This document shows, one piece after another, positions 1 through 8,862 of a stretch of DNA of 64,000 nucleotides; the stretch's first letter is position 1; every line of letters starts with the position of its first letter. Made by a program: the position numbers and the translations under genes. Origin of the DNA: an uncultured Spirochaetota bacterium (GTDB taxonomy: Bacteria > Spirochaetota > Spirochaetia > SZUA-6 > Fen-1364); contig CAWGAA010000002.1 in NCBI GenBank assembly GCA_963820525.1, positions 160,001-224,000 of the forward strand, in the 5' to 3' direction. A model generated the notes under the pieces. That model was given only the letters and a program-made list of their open reading frames with translations. It made no database searches and was not told the origin of the DNA.

Positions 1-69
1 TGCGCTTGGAGCTTTTCTCATGCTTGATCAGGTTCAGCGCGATATGGGCCGCTGGAACAATATGTTGTA

Positions 70-1551
70 CTATATCCTGAATTGAACAATCCCGCCCGTA
101 TCATCGGTATATTCTATTAAGGATCGGCTGGTTTTCAAGTCCACGGTCAACGTACAGATCTTTTCTTCCTTCTGCCAGGAAATGCAGATAATGCTTTCTT
201 CGGTGTCCAGCACCTGGAAAATGCCGTTAAAGGCCGGATACTCGTTTCTGAAACGGATGAGCCTCAAGAGCCTCTGGACCACTTCTTTGCGGACATTGGC
301 GTTGATTTCCTCAACGCTGTAATTGTGGCGGTTGATCTCCCGGCCTTCTCCGGTCCGTTGAACGGCTTCCAGATCGTTTTCACCCGCGAGCAGCCCTATG
401 TAATAAACCTGCGGTATTCCTGGCGTGAAAAACTGGATGGCCCTGGCCGAGAGATAGGCGTCATCGTTCGAGTTCAGAACGGAGTAATAGGAGCACCGGA
501 TCTGGTGGACATCGAAACCGTCCGGGTCTTTATGTTTAGGCGAGAGTACATGGCTCAGGTTCGCGCCGCGCTCCACACAGGTTCTTACCAATTCCTTCGC
601 GTCATGGCCTTCATACAAGTCATTCAGATCCGGCTTGACTGGAATTCCGTCATGGCAATCGAGCATCGTGAATTGCCTGTGAGGACGGATGCTAAGATAG
701 TCTTTCAGTTTTTTGCCATTCTGCTTCAGCAGGGCTTCGAGAATGGTGTATGGCAATATAAAATCATATATCCAGTATCCATGTCCGGACAGATTGAACT
801 GGGTTGTGTAGTGTGCATGGACTTCGGGAAGCAGCTCGATCCCGAAGGAGTCAGCCAGTTTGCTGATCCAGTCCAGGAATTGGAAGATTTCCGGCTCCAC
901 GAAAAAGCAGCTTGTCCCGATTTTCTTGATCATGTAGCCAACGGCGTCCAGCCTGACCATCTTCACATTGTTCCGGTTGAAATTCGCCATAAACTGAGTC
1001 AGGAGCTGCCGGAACACCTCCGAATTCCAGTCCATGTCGATCTGCTCTGATGGGTCCTGCTTTCCAAAGGTGGTCCAGACCATTTCTTCCTTGCCGGTTT
1101 CCTCGATGGTGAAGCGAGAAAAAGGCGAGGGCCTGCGCAGGAATATTTTGGAAAGATCCTCTTCAGAAGGGTTGCCATCCGGCCACATCTTGTCCAAAGT
1201 GATAAACAAGTCCGCGTATCGCGAGCGGCGGCCCTTTTTCAGAAAGTCCTGAAAATAGAAGGACTGCCGGGAAATATGATTCACCATCAGGTCGAGCATG
1301 ACATCGGAGCTCTCGCTGATGTGCCATATATCCTTCCAGCTCCCGAATCTCGACTCTATCTCTAGATAGGTCAAGGGAGAGAAGCCCCTGTCTCCGGAAG
1401 AAGGAAACGGCGGCAGGATATGAATTCCACCGGAGAAAATTCCGGGAAAATAATTGCGGATGACCTGATCGAGCCCCTTTAAACTTCCTCCAAGCGAATC
1501 TGGATAGGTAACGAGTTGGACCCTATTCTTCACACCCATGGTGCGTTTCAT
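70..1551 (-). CDS. GH13_18 sucrose phosphorylase family; likely sucrose-6F-phosphate phosphorylase
   Basis: N-terminal VQLVTYPDSLGG, GIHILPPFPSSGDRGF, nucleophile motif VRLDAVGY, acid/base LPEVH, LDCHDGI, loop GFDVHQ. Confidence 0.9.
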   Translation of the reverse strand: MKRTMGVKNRVQLVTYPDSLGGSLKGLDQVIRNYFPGIFSGGIHILPPFPSSGDRGFSPLTYLEIESRFGSWKDIWHISESSDVMLDLMVNHISRQSFYFQDFLKKGRRSRYADLFITLDKMWPDGNPSEEDLSKIFLRRPSPFSRFTIEETGKEEMVWTTFGKQDPSEQIDMDWNSEVFRQLLTQFMANFNRNNVKMVRLDAVGYMIKKIGTSCFFVEPEIFQFLDWISKLADSFGIELLPEVHAHYTTQFNLSGHGYWIYDFILPYTILEALLKQNGKKLKDYLSIRPHRQFTMLDCHDGIPVKPDLNDLYEGHDAKELVRTCVERGANLSHVLSPKHKDPDGFDVHQIRCSYYSVLNSNDDAYLSARAIQFFTPGIPQVYYIGLLAGENDLEAVQRTGEGREINRHNYSVEEINANVRKEVVQRLLRLIRFRNEYPAFNGIFQVLDTEESIICISWQKEEKICTLTVDLKTSRSLIEYTDDTGGIVQFRI

Positions 1552-1554
1552 GAA

Positions 1555-2208
1555 TTATTCCATGCTCAGCACATCATAGTCTTTTGTGATAATGAAGTCC
1601 GCGAGCTGCCTATGCCCCGCTATGATCATGTGCTCGCTCATCAAAACCTGCTCGATGAATGGGTCTCCCGCTTCGTTGCCCCGGTTTCTTTTTTGCCTAT
1701 GCTCTAAGGTGTCCAAGCGACTTCTGGCTATAAAGATTCTGGTATCCACATGCTTCAGCAATGAAGAATAGGTTCCTTCAACAATGAGCACCTGGATGCC
1801 ATCCAAGCTTATTCTCTCTTCTTCAACGGAATTCGTATCATAATCGATTAGGGGCTTGATGAACTCGGTTTTCCCTTCGGCCGCGTCTCTCACATTGCTC
1901 TCCAGCAAATCAAGCTTCACCTCCACGTGGGGTCCGAGCCATTCCGGGTCTTTCCGTCTTTTCTCGTCATTAGACTTCGGCGGAAGAACGAAGTAATCGT
2001 CCTGCCCCAGTATCACGGATCGAACGCCGAGCATTGCCAGCTCGTCGGCAATCGCTTTCCCAGTCTCGGATTTGCCGCTGCCGGATTCGCCGGCAACCGT
2101 GATGATATATCTCGATGACTTCATTCTGACTTTTTCGATTATTCTTGACACGATCAAACCAGCCGCTTTGCGGTGATGTTCTTCCACTATGATAATATCC
2201 CCCTTCAT
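1555..2208 (-). CDS. P-loop kinase, uridine kinase/phosphoribulokinase family
   Basis: ITVAGESGSGKS Walker A, QDDYF, LIVEGTY; GAGGAGG upstream; stop 3 nt before the phosphorylase start. Confidence 0.8.
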   Translation of the reverse strand: MKGDIIIVEEHHRKAAGLIVSRIIEKVRMKSSRYIITVAGESGSGKSETGKAIADELAMLGVRSVILGQDDYFVLPPKSNDEKRRKDPEWLGPHVEVKLDLLESNVRDAAEGKTEFIKPLIDYDTNSVEEERISLDGIQVLIVEGTYSSLLKHVDTRIFIARSRLDTLEHRQKRNRGNEAGDPFIEQVLMSEHMIIAGHRQLADFIITKDYDVLSME

Positions 2209-2299
2209 TCTCAATGCCCTCCTCGGGTAGATCCGGCCCCAAAAGCCTCGTCAGCCTCGCGTCCCTCGCGTGCGTCCATGTCTCGCCCGAAAAAAACAA

Positions 2300-2362
2300 T
2301 TGACAGATAACCCAAAATGCCCCATAGTCGTAATGAAAGAACTTTCATGAAAACGCTTTCAT
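2300..2362 (+). promoter_or_regulatory. sigma70 promoter plus two overlapping LacI-type operator palindromes
   Basis: TTGACA(2300)-17nt-CATAGT(2323); ATGAAAGAACTTTCAT (2333-2348) and ATGAAAACGCTTTCAT (2347-2362). Confidence 0.65.
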
Positions 2363-3381
2363 CTAGAAGGGATAGCATACCACGCAAGGGTGAGTCAACA
2401 ATATATAGCGTCGCTGCCCACGCCGGGGTGAGCATCTCCACGGTGTCGCGCTTCCTCAACTCCCCTGAAAAAGTGAACGCCGAAACCGCCCGGCGCATCA
2501 AGTCCTCGATAGACCAGCTCGACTATTTCCCGCATGGACACACGGGAATGCGGGCGCACAGAAGCATCGGGCGTATTGGGGTCCTGTCGCCTTTCTTCCC
2601 CGCGCCTTCGTTCGTGCAGCGCCTCCAGGGCATGACCAGAGTCTTTCGGGAAGCGCATTGCGAGATGGTGATATGCGCGGTGGACTCTCCTGAACAACTG
2701 GCCGAATACCTGCACTCGATCTCCTTCCTGTGCAGGTTCGATGGCCTGATCATCATGTCGATGCACGTCGGGGACGGAGACGCCCGCCGCCTCATCCAGT
2801 CCAACCTCCACGTCGTGATGATCGAGTCCGTGAATCCCCTGTTCACGTGCGTCGAAGCAGACAACGTGCTGGGCGGACGCCTCGCGGCTCAATGCTTCCT
2901 GGAAAAGGGCTATTTGCCTTGCGCCTTCATCGGAGAGCAGACGTCCCTCCCCTACTCCCTGCAGCCCAGCGGCATGCGGATGGCCGGTTACCGTGAAGTC
3001 CTGCAGGCCGCGGGCCATCCACTGGCCCCTGAACTCATCCGGACCGGGCAGGTCAGTGTCGACGATGCGTGCCGCATGGCCGGGGAGTTGTTGGATCTGC
3101 CGGCGCCGCCACGCGCCATATTCGCGATGTCGGATCTCCAGGCCATCGGTGTTCTCAAGGCGGCACGGCAGCGGGGGATCGCGGTTCCGGAAGCGCTCGC
3201 GGTCCTGGGCTTCGACGACATCGAGGCGGCGGGCTTCATGGACCTGAGCACGGTGAGCCAGTCCCTGGAAGAATCTGGTCGAGTGGCCGCGCAGCTTCTC
3301 ATCGACCGCATTCGCGAGCCGGGCCGGCCCCTTCAGCGCGTGCACCTGGACGTGCGAGTTGTAGAGAGGGACACGACGTGA
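2347..3381 (+). CDS. LacI-family transcriptional regulator (start codon uncertain)
   Basis: TIYSVAAHAGVSISTVSRFLN HTH; AIFAMSDLQAIG and VLGFDD sugar-binding domain motifs. Confidence 0.92.
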   Translation: MKTLSSRRDSIPRKGESTIYSVAAHAGVSISTVSRFLNSPEKVNAETARRIKSSIDQLDYFPHGHTGMRAHRSIGRIGVLSPFFPAPSFVQRLQGMTRVFREAHCEMVICAVDSPEQLAEYLHSISFLCRFDGLIIMSMHVGDGDARRLIQSNLHVVMIESVNPLFTCVEADNVLGGRLAAQCFLEKGYLPCAFIGEQTSLPYSLQPSGMRMAGYREVLQAAGHPLAPELIRTGQVSVDDACRMAGELLDLPAPPRAIFAMSDLQAIGVLKAARQRGIAVPEALAVLGFDDIEAAGFMDLSTVSQSLEESGRVAAQLLIDRIREPGRPLQRVHLDVRVVERDTT

Positions 3382-3604
3382 ATGCGCGCCCTTTGCCCAG
3401 GAGGAGGATTCCGATTGTCACCCGTACTCCCGGTTGGGGAGGCAGCAAATCTCTTTCAGAAGGCGGAAGAAGATGAGACAGAAAACCATCATCATCTTCG
3501 CGGTCCTGACTCCGGTTGCCGGAGCGACTTTCAATAAGCTTCCTTTTCCTTTCCCCCTCGGTGAGGGGGCAGGTCACCATCAAGTTTTTTAAACGGAGGA
3601 TGCT

Positions 3605-4831
3605 ATGAAGAAACTCGTACTGGTACTCGCATCAATCCTGCTCGGTGCCGCGGCTTTTGCCCAGGGCATCACCCTGGCCCAGAACAAGCCCGAGATCGAC
3701 GCGGTCCTCAAGGCGTACGCGGCCGTGTGGTCCAAGGCGAACAACGTTCCCGTCACCATCAAGTCCGTGGGCGGCGGCATCGGCATGGACCTCAACAGCC
3801 AGCTCAAGGCCGACCTCGCCGCGGGCGACATGCCCGACATCTTCGCCATCAACGGCCTGGCGGAATACAAGGACTGGGCGGACCTCGTCCTCGACCTCTC
3901 GAGCGAGCCATGGGTAAAGAACACTTCGGTCGCGTTCAAGTATGACGGCAAGGTCTACGGCTACCCCGTCGCCATCGAGGGCTGGGGCATGGCCTACAAC
4001 GCCGACATCCTCAAGAAGGCCGGTGTCGATCCCAAGACCCTCGTCACCTACGCGGCCTACAAGGCCGCCTTCGAGAAGATCAACACCCAGAAGGCCAAGC
4101 TCGGCATCAAGTCCGTGGTCTCCATGGCCGCCTCTCTCGACATGGGCTGGGTCACTGCCCACCACAACTTCAACTCCCTGCTCTCGAACGGCCTTCCCTA
4201 CGGCGACCTCTCCGTCGTGAACGACCTCCTCGCCGGCAAGGTCGACGCCAAGCGCCTCTCCGAGTACGCCAACTGGGTGGAGCTCCTCTTCAAGTACGCC
4301 GACAAGGCCGTCCTCACCACGGGCAACTATGCCGCGCAGGTCGGCGCGTTCGCGTCCGGCCAGGCTGCCTTCCTCCACCAAGGCAACTGGACCGATCCCA
4401 ACATGGCAGAGGCGAAGGCCACCTTCCCCATGGCCTTTGCGCCCCACGGCTCCATGGCCAAGGCCACCGACGGCATCTTCGTGGCCGCCCCCTCGTTCTA
4501 TTGCGTCAACAAGAACTCCCGGAACGTCGCGGCCGCGAGGGAGTTCCTGAACGACCTCGTCTTCACCGAGGCGGGCAACAAGTACATGGTCCTCGACGCG
4601 GGCTCCATCCCCGCCTTCTCGAACGTGAAGCTCAACCCGACCGGCCAGCTCTCCAAGTCCGTCCAGGCCTGGGCCGCCGCCGGCAAGATCTACAGCTGGA
4701 ACCAGTACTACTTCACGGAAGATTTCCGCAACAAGACGCTCGCGCCGATCTACAACCAGTTTGCAACCGGCGCCATCACCAAGGCGCAGTTTATCGACCT
4801 CATGACCAAGGCCTTCCAGGGCCTGAAGTAG
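3605..4831 (+). CDS. carbohydrate ABC transporter substrate-binding protein
   Basis: signal peptide, GDMPDIF, GKVYGYP, AFLHQGNW; strong RBS GGAGG. Confidence 0.9.
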   Translation: MKKLVLVLASILLGAAAFAQGITLAQNKPEIDAVLKAYAAVWSKANNVPVTIKSVGGGIGMDLNSQLKADLAAGDMPDIFAINGLAEYKDWADLVLDLSSEPWVKNTSVAFKYDGKVYGYPVAIEGWGMAYNADILKKAGVDPKTLVTYAAYKAAFEKINTQKAKLGIKSVVSMAASLDMGWVTAHHNFNSLLSNGLPYGDLSVVNDLLAGKVDAKRLSEYANWVELLFKYADKAVLTTGNYAAQVGAFASGQAAFLHQGNWTDPNMAEAKATFPMAFAPHGSMAKATDGIFVAAPSFYCVNKNSRNVAAAREFLNDLVFTEAGNKYMVLDAGSIPAFSNVKLNPTGQLSKSVQAWAAAGKIYSWNQYYFTEDFRNKTLAPIYNQFATGAITKAQFIDLMTKAFQGLK

Positions 4832-4931
4832 GATCCGTCCTGCGGGCCTGCCGTATGGACGGCTCGCGTCCGACCCGCCCTCTGGCGCTTACCGGGGGGC
4901 GGGTTTATTATGTGCGCAGGAGCGTCAATAA

Positions 4932-5846
4932 ATGCGGAAAGCGAAACATCCCGCCGTCTTCTGGATCTTCCTCGCGCCCGTCCTCTTCGCCTTCGCGGTC
5001 GTCATCGTCATCCCCTTCTTTCTCGGTGTGTACTACTCCTTCACGAACTGGTCGGCGACGGCCCGGCTGGGTGACAGCCTTAAACTGGTTGGCCTCAAGA
5101 ACTACGCCGGCATCCTGAAGGACCCGAGCTTCACCTATTCCTTCATCCTCACGGTCGTGTACACCCTGCTTAACATGATCGTCATCAACGTGGTGTCATT
5201 CAGCCTTGCCATGCTCGTGACGCGGAAGCTCAAGGGACGCAACCTCTACCGCGCGGGCTTCTTCATCCCGAACCTCATCGGCGGCCTCATCCTCGGCTAC
5301 GTCTGGCAATTCATCTTTAATAACGCCGTTCCCTCGATCGGGACGATGCTCGGGTTCGCGTCCTGGGCAGACGCAGCGAACCTCATACTCGCAAAGAGCG
5401 GCACGGCTACCCTCGCCCTGGTCGTGGTGGGGACTTGGCAATACGCGGGCTACGTCATGGTCATCTACGTGGCCGCGATCGAGACCATCCCCCAGGAACT
5501 CATCGAAGCGGCGCAGATCGACGGCGCCTCGCCGCTTCGCCGGCTCTTGGCGATCACCTTGCCGATGACACGACAGGCTTTCACAATCACCCTCTTCCTG
5601 ACCCTGGTGAACTCGTTTAAGCAATTCGACGTCAACGTCTCCCTCACAGCGGGAGGACCGTCCGTCATGTACATGGGTCAGGCGATCTATGGCACCCAGC
5701 TCCTCGCCATGAACATCTACAACCAGGGTTTCAAGTCGAACGACATGGCCGGCGGCCAATCCCGCGCAGTCATATTCTTCCTCGTGCTGGTAATCGTTTC
5801 GATCATCCAAGTCTCCGTCAACAAGAAGCGGGAGATCGAGCTGTGA
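4932..5846 (+). CDS. carbohydrate ABC transporter permease (MalF-like)
   Basis: hydrophobic segments, EAA loop ELIEAAQIDGAS. Confidence 0.92.
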   Translation: MRKAKHPAVFWIFLAPVLFAFAVVIVIPFFLGVYYSFTNWSATARLGDSLKLVGLKNYAGILKDPSFTYSFILTVVYTLLNMIVINVVSFSLAMLVTRKLKGRNLYRAGFFIPNLIGGLILGYVWQFIFNNAVPSIGTMLGFASWADAANLILAKSGTATLALVVVGTWQYAGYVMVIYVAAIETIPQELIEAAQIDGASPLRRLLAITLPMTRQAFTITLFLTLVNSFKQFDVNVSLTAGGPSVMYMGQAIYGTQLLAMNIYNQGFKSNDMAGGQSRAVIFFLVLVIVSIIQVSVNKKREIEL

Positions 5847-6700
5847 AAAAGCGCCACCCCCGACTCGTCGCCCCCGAGATCCTCGCCGTCGTCCTCTTCC
5901 TCCTGTTCCTCTTTCCCTTCTTCATTGTCGTGGTGAACGCGGCAAAGACTCCCTTCGAGATCACGCAGAGCCCACTTACACTTCCCGCAGAATGGAAGAA
6001 GATCCTCGAGAACATGTGGTCGATCTGGACCAGCGTCAACGTTCACTACTCCTCCTCCTTCCTGAGCTCCGTCATCATCACCGTGGCTTCCCTCCTCCTG
6101 CTCAACGTCCTCTCCTCGCAGGCGGCCTGGGTCCTCGTGCGCACCAAGACGAAACTCTCGATGGGCATCTTCATCACTTTCGTCGCGGCAATGGTCATCC
6201 CCTTCCAGATCGTCATGTTCCCCCTGCTCACCTGGTTCCGCGAGATTTCCACGCTCACAGGGGTGCGGCTCCTCCGGTCCTTCGCGGGAATTATCCTCGC
6301 CTACATTGGCTTCGGCATGTCGCAGTCCATCTTCCTGTTCCACGGGTTTATAAAGAGCATTCCGCTGGAGCTCGAGGAGGCCGCGACCATCGACGGCTGC
6401 AAGCCCTGGCAGATCTTCTACCAGATCATCTTCCCTATCCTGAGGCCCATCCACGCGACGGTCCTCGTGCTGAACGGTATCTGGATATGGAACGATTACC
6501 TCCTCCCCCTTCTCATCCTCGGGAAGGGGAACAGGGTGATGACCATCCCTCTCGCCGTCTCCAACTTCGCGGGGGCATACGTCAAGCAGTGGGACCTCAT
6601 GCTCACGGCCATCCTCATGGCGATGATTCCCATCGTCATTTTCTTCCTCGTCGCCCAGAAGTCAATCATCAAGGGAATGGTCGCCGGCTCGATCAAATAA
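5843..6700 (+). CDS. carbohydrate ABC transporter permease (MalG-like)
   Basis: ELEEAATIDGC, WIWNDYLLP; start overlaps the upstream stop (GTGA). Confidence 0.92.
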   Translation: MKKRHPRLVAPEILAVVLFLLFLFPFFIVVVNAAKTPFEITQSPLTLPAEWKKILENMWSIWTSVNVHYSSSFLSSVIITVASLLLLNVLSSQAAWVLVRTKTKLSMGIFITFVAAMVIPFQIVMFPLLTWFREISTLTGVRLLRSFAGIILAYIGFGMSQSIFLFHGFIKSIPLELEEAATIDGCKPWQIFYQIIFPILRPIHATVLVLNGIWIWNDYLLPLLILGKGNRVMTIPLAVSNFAGAYVKQWDLMLTAILMAMIPIVIFFLVAQKSIIKGMVAGSIK

Positions 6701-6771
6701 CGAGGAGCCGAGGGCTTCGTGAAGGATCGCCGACTCCTCCCTATTGACGGGCTCGGATTCTAACGGTAGTG

Positions 6772-6920
6772 GCGGCCTGATTGAATCCCCCTGGCGGGGG
6801 CCCATAGGACTTCACCCTCATGGGGCCGAGCTCTCTGAAAGCCTCCGCACGAACCCCTCACGCAATTAGCCTGTACTGGAGCAACGAAACAGGGCGGGGC
6901 AGGTGGGATCGTAAGGCCGC
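6772..6920. ncRNA. candidate structured RNA or small inverted-repeat element, family unidentified
   Basis: ends pair (GCGGCCT/AGGCCGC, ATCCC/GGGAT, CCTG/CAGG); internal hairpins; no credible ORF. Confidence 0.35.
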
Positions 6921-7015
6921 GGCTTGACACTCATCGTGGAGAAAATGCATGCTCGTGGGTAAGTTGTTGGCGATTCGAATTTGAGCAAAACGTGGGCGTG
7001 CGCGAGCAGTTGCTG

Positions 7016-7537
7016 ATGGCCGATAAGGGATACGTTCAGGTTTACACCGGTGACGGCAAGGGCAAGACAACGGCGGCGCTGGGCCTTGCCCTGCGCGCGT
7101 CGGGCGCAGGGCTGAAAGTCTTCATCGCGCAGTTCCTCAAGGACAAAAGATCGAGCGAGCTCGTCTCGCTCTCCCGGCTTTCGGATCTCATCCACGTCGA
7201 ATGCTACGGAAGCGGAGCTTTCATCCGCGGAGAGCCGTCGCCGAGGGATATCTCCCTCGCGCGAAAGGGCCTCGGCGAAGCCCGCGCAGCCGCCGCCTCG
7301 GGATCGTGGGACCTCGTGATCCTCGACGAGGCGAACCCCGCCGCCCGCCTCGGCCTCATCTCGGTAGACGAGCTGCTGGAGCTAATCGAGCATTCAGCGG
7401 GGAGATGCGAGATCGTCATCACGGGGCGCGGCGCGGACCCCCGGATCGTGGAGCGCGCGGACCTGGTCACGGAGATGCGGGAGGTCAAGCATTACTTCGC
7501 GCGAGGCGTTCGCGCGCGAAAAGGAATCGAGACATGA
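7016..7537 (+). CDS. cobO: cob(I)yrinic acid a,c-diamide adenosyltransferase (CobO/BtuR family)
   Basis: VYTGDGKGKTTAALG, QFLK, LVILDE, VITGR, ADLVTEMREVKH. Confidence 0.92.
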   Translation: MADKGYVQVYTGDGKGKTTAALGLALRASGAGLKVFIAQFLKDKRSSELVSLSRLSDLIHVECYGSGAFIRGEPSPRDISLARKGLGEARAAAASGSWDLVILDEANPAARLGLISVDELLELIEHSAGRCEIVITGRGADPRIVERADLVTEMREVKHYFARGVRARKGIET

Positions 7538-7571
7538 GACAAGGAGAGAGGGGGTTCCCGTAGGAATCAGG

Positions 7572-8084
7572 ATGTTGTCTCTGTGCGTTTTCATCGCCGC
7601 CGGAGGGCTCGCCCTGACGTCTTCTCTTTTCGGGGAAGGACACTCGCCCCTGGTCGACCCGGGCGAGCGGGTGGTGTTCTCCTTCCAGATGGCCGGGAGC
7701 GACAAGGTGGCGACAATCGCCATGAGCGAAAAGGAGCCGGGCTATATCGTGTACCGCTATGGAGTGCGGGAGAAAATCGAGCTCAAGTATCCCCGGCAGA
7801 AGAGCGGATCCTGGAAGCTGTTCAGCTATTCCTACTACCTGCGCGGGGGAGGGGCGGCGAATGCCGGGCTGGACCTCAACGCGCTCTCCTTCACCAATAG
7901 CGGATTCACCTACACCGTGTACTGGGACTATTCGGCGGAGGACGATTCCACCACCGTGGGAATCAGGGTGAAGAATCTGAAAACGGGCAAAGAGGTTGAC
8001 CTTCCGGGGGTGCTGTCCAGCGTCATTGGAAGCCTTGTAGACCTTCGGGAAGAGCCGCGACTGGAAGCGAAGCCCCAAGAGTAG
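7572..8084 (+). CDS. hypothetical exported protein
   Basis: hydrophobic N-terminus, typical codon usage, YLRGGGAANAGLDLN. Confidence 0.6.
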   Translation: MLSLCVFIAAGGLALTSSLFGEGHSPLVDPGERVVFSFQMAGSDKVATIAMSEKEPGYIVYRYGVREKIELKYPRQKSGSWKLFSYSYYLRGGGAANAGLDLNALSFTNSGFTYTVYWDYSAEDDSTTVGIRVKNLKTGKEVDLPGVLSSVIGSLVDLREEPRLEAKPQE

Positions 8085-8221
8085 TCCGTCTACGGCCTTC
8101 GCGCGCTTGTCTGCCGCAATCGATCGGGGGACGCGAGGCCAGGCAGCGGGGCGCTCATAGCGAGTCCGCCATTGACCGCGCCTCTCTCCATCAGATATCC
8201 TTCAGTGAGCAGGAGGCGCCC

Positions 8222-8800
8222 ATGCCAAAATCTCTGAAGGGAACAAGGACGGAAGCAAATCTCTTGAAGGCCTTTGCCGGGGAATCCCAGGCGAGGAACC
8301 GCTACACGTTCTTCGCCAGCGCGGCCCGAAAGGAAGGCTTCCAGCAGATCGCCAATTTCTTCATGGAAACGGCGGACAACGAGAAAGAGCATGCCAAGGT
8401 CTTCTTTGCCCACCTGGAGGGGGGAGACCTCGAGATCACCGCCTCGTACCCGGCGGGTGCGATCGAGGATACGGCGGCCAACCTCCGCGCCGCCGCGGAT
8501 GGCGAGAAGATGGAGTGGAGCTCGGTCTACCCCGATTTCGGCAAGGTTGCGCGCGAGGAAGGCTTTCCCGAGGTTGCCCGCTCGTTCGATCAGATCGCGA
8601 AGGTCGAGGCTTTCCACGAGACCCGCTACCGCAAGCTCGCCGAAAACCTCGCGAACAAGGAAGTCTTCAGGAAGAAGACACGGGTGAAGTGGCACTGCAT
8701 CAACTGCGGCTACGTCTTCGAAGGCGAAGAGCCGCCAAAGGAATGCCCTGCCTGCAGGCATCCCCAATCCTTCTACGAGGTGCTTGCTGAAAACTGGTGA
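8222..8800 (+). CDS. rbr: rubrerythrin
   Basis: NLLKAFAGESQARNRY, EKEHA, C-terminal CINCGY...CPAC rubredoxin-like domain. Confidence 0.95.
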   Translation: MPKSLKGTRTEANLLKAFAGESQARNRYTFFASAARKEGFQQIANFFMETADNEKEHAKVFFAHLEGGDLEITASYPAGAIEDTAANLRAAADGEKMEWSSVYPDFGKVAREEGFPEVARSFDQIAKVEAFHETRYRKLAENLANKEVFRKKTRVKWHCINCGYVFEGEEPPKECPACRHPQSFYEVLAENW

Positions 8801-8862
8801 GAAAGGGCGAGCGCTCGCGAGAGGCGCACTGCTTGCCGATCTCCTGGAACGGGCCGGGCGCC

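Noticed and set aside
3382..3604. Riboswitch in the lacI-to-binding-protein spacer; CATCATCATCTT also occurs inverted at 13841-13852
   Set aside because: Only generic hairpins are present, and the 12-nt low-complexity match is plausibly chance.
6700..7015. Cobalamin riboswitch upstream of cobO, or a hammerhead/HDV-like ribozyme
   Set aside because: No B12-box or GCCACTG/GGGAAG elements. CTGATTGA does not fit CUGANGA, and I could not build the HDV P1.1/P3 pairings.
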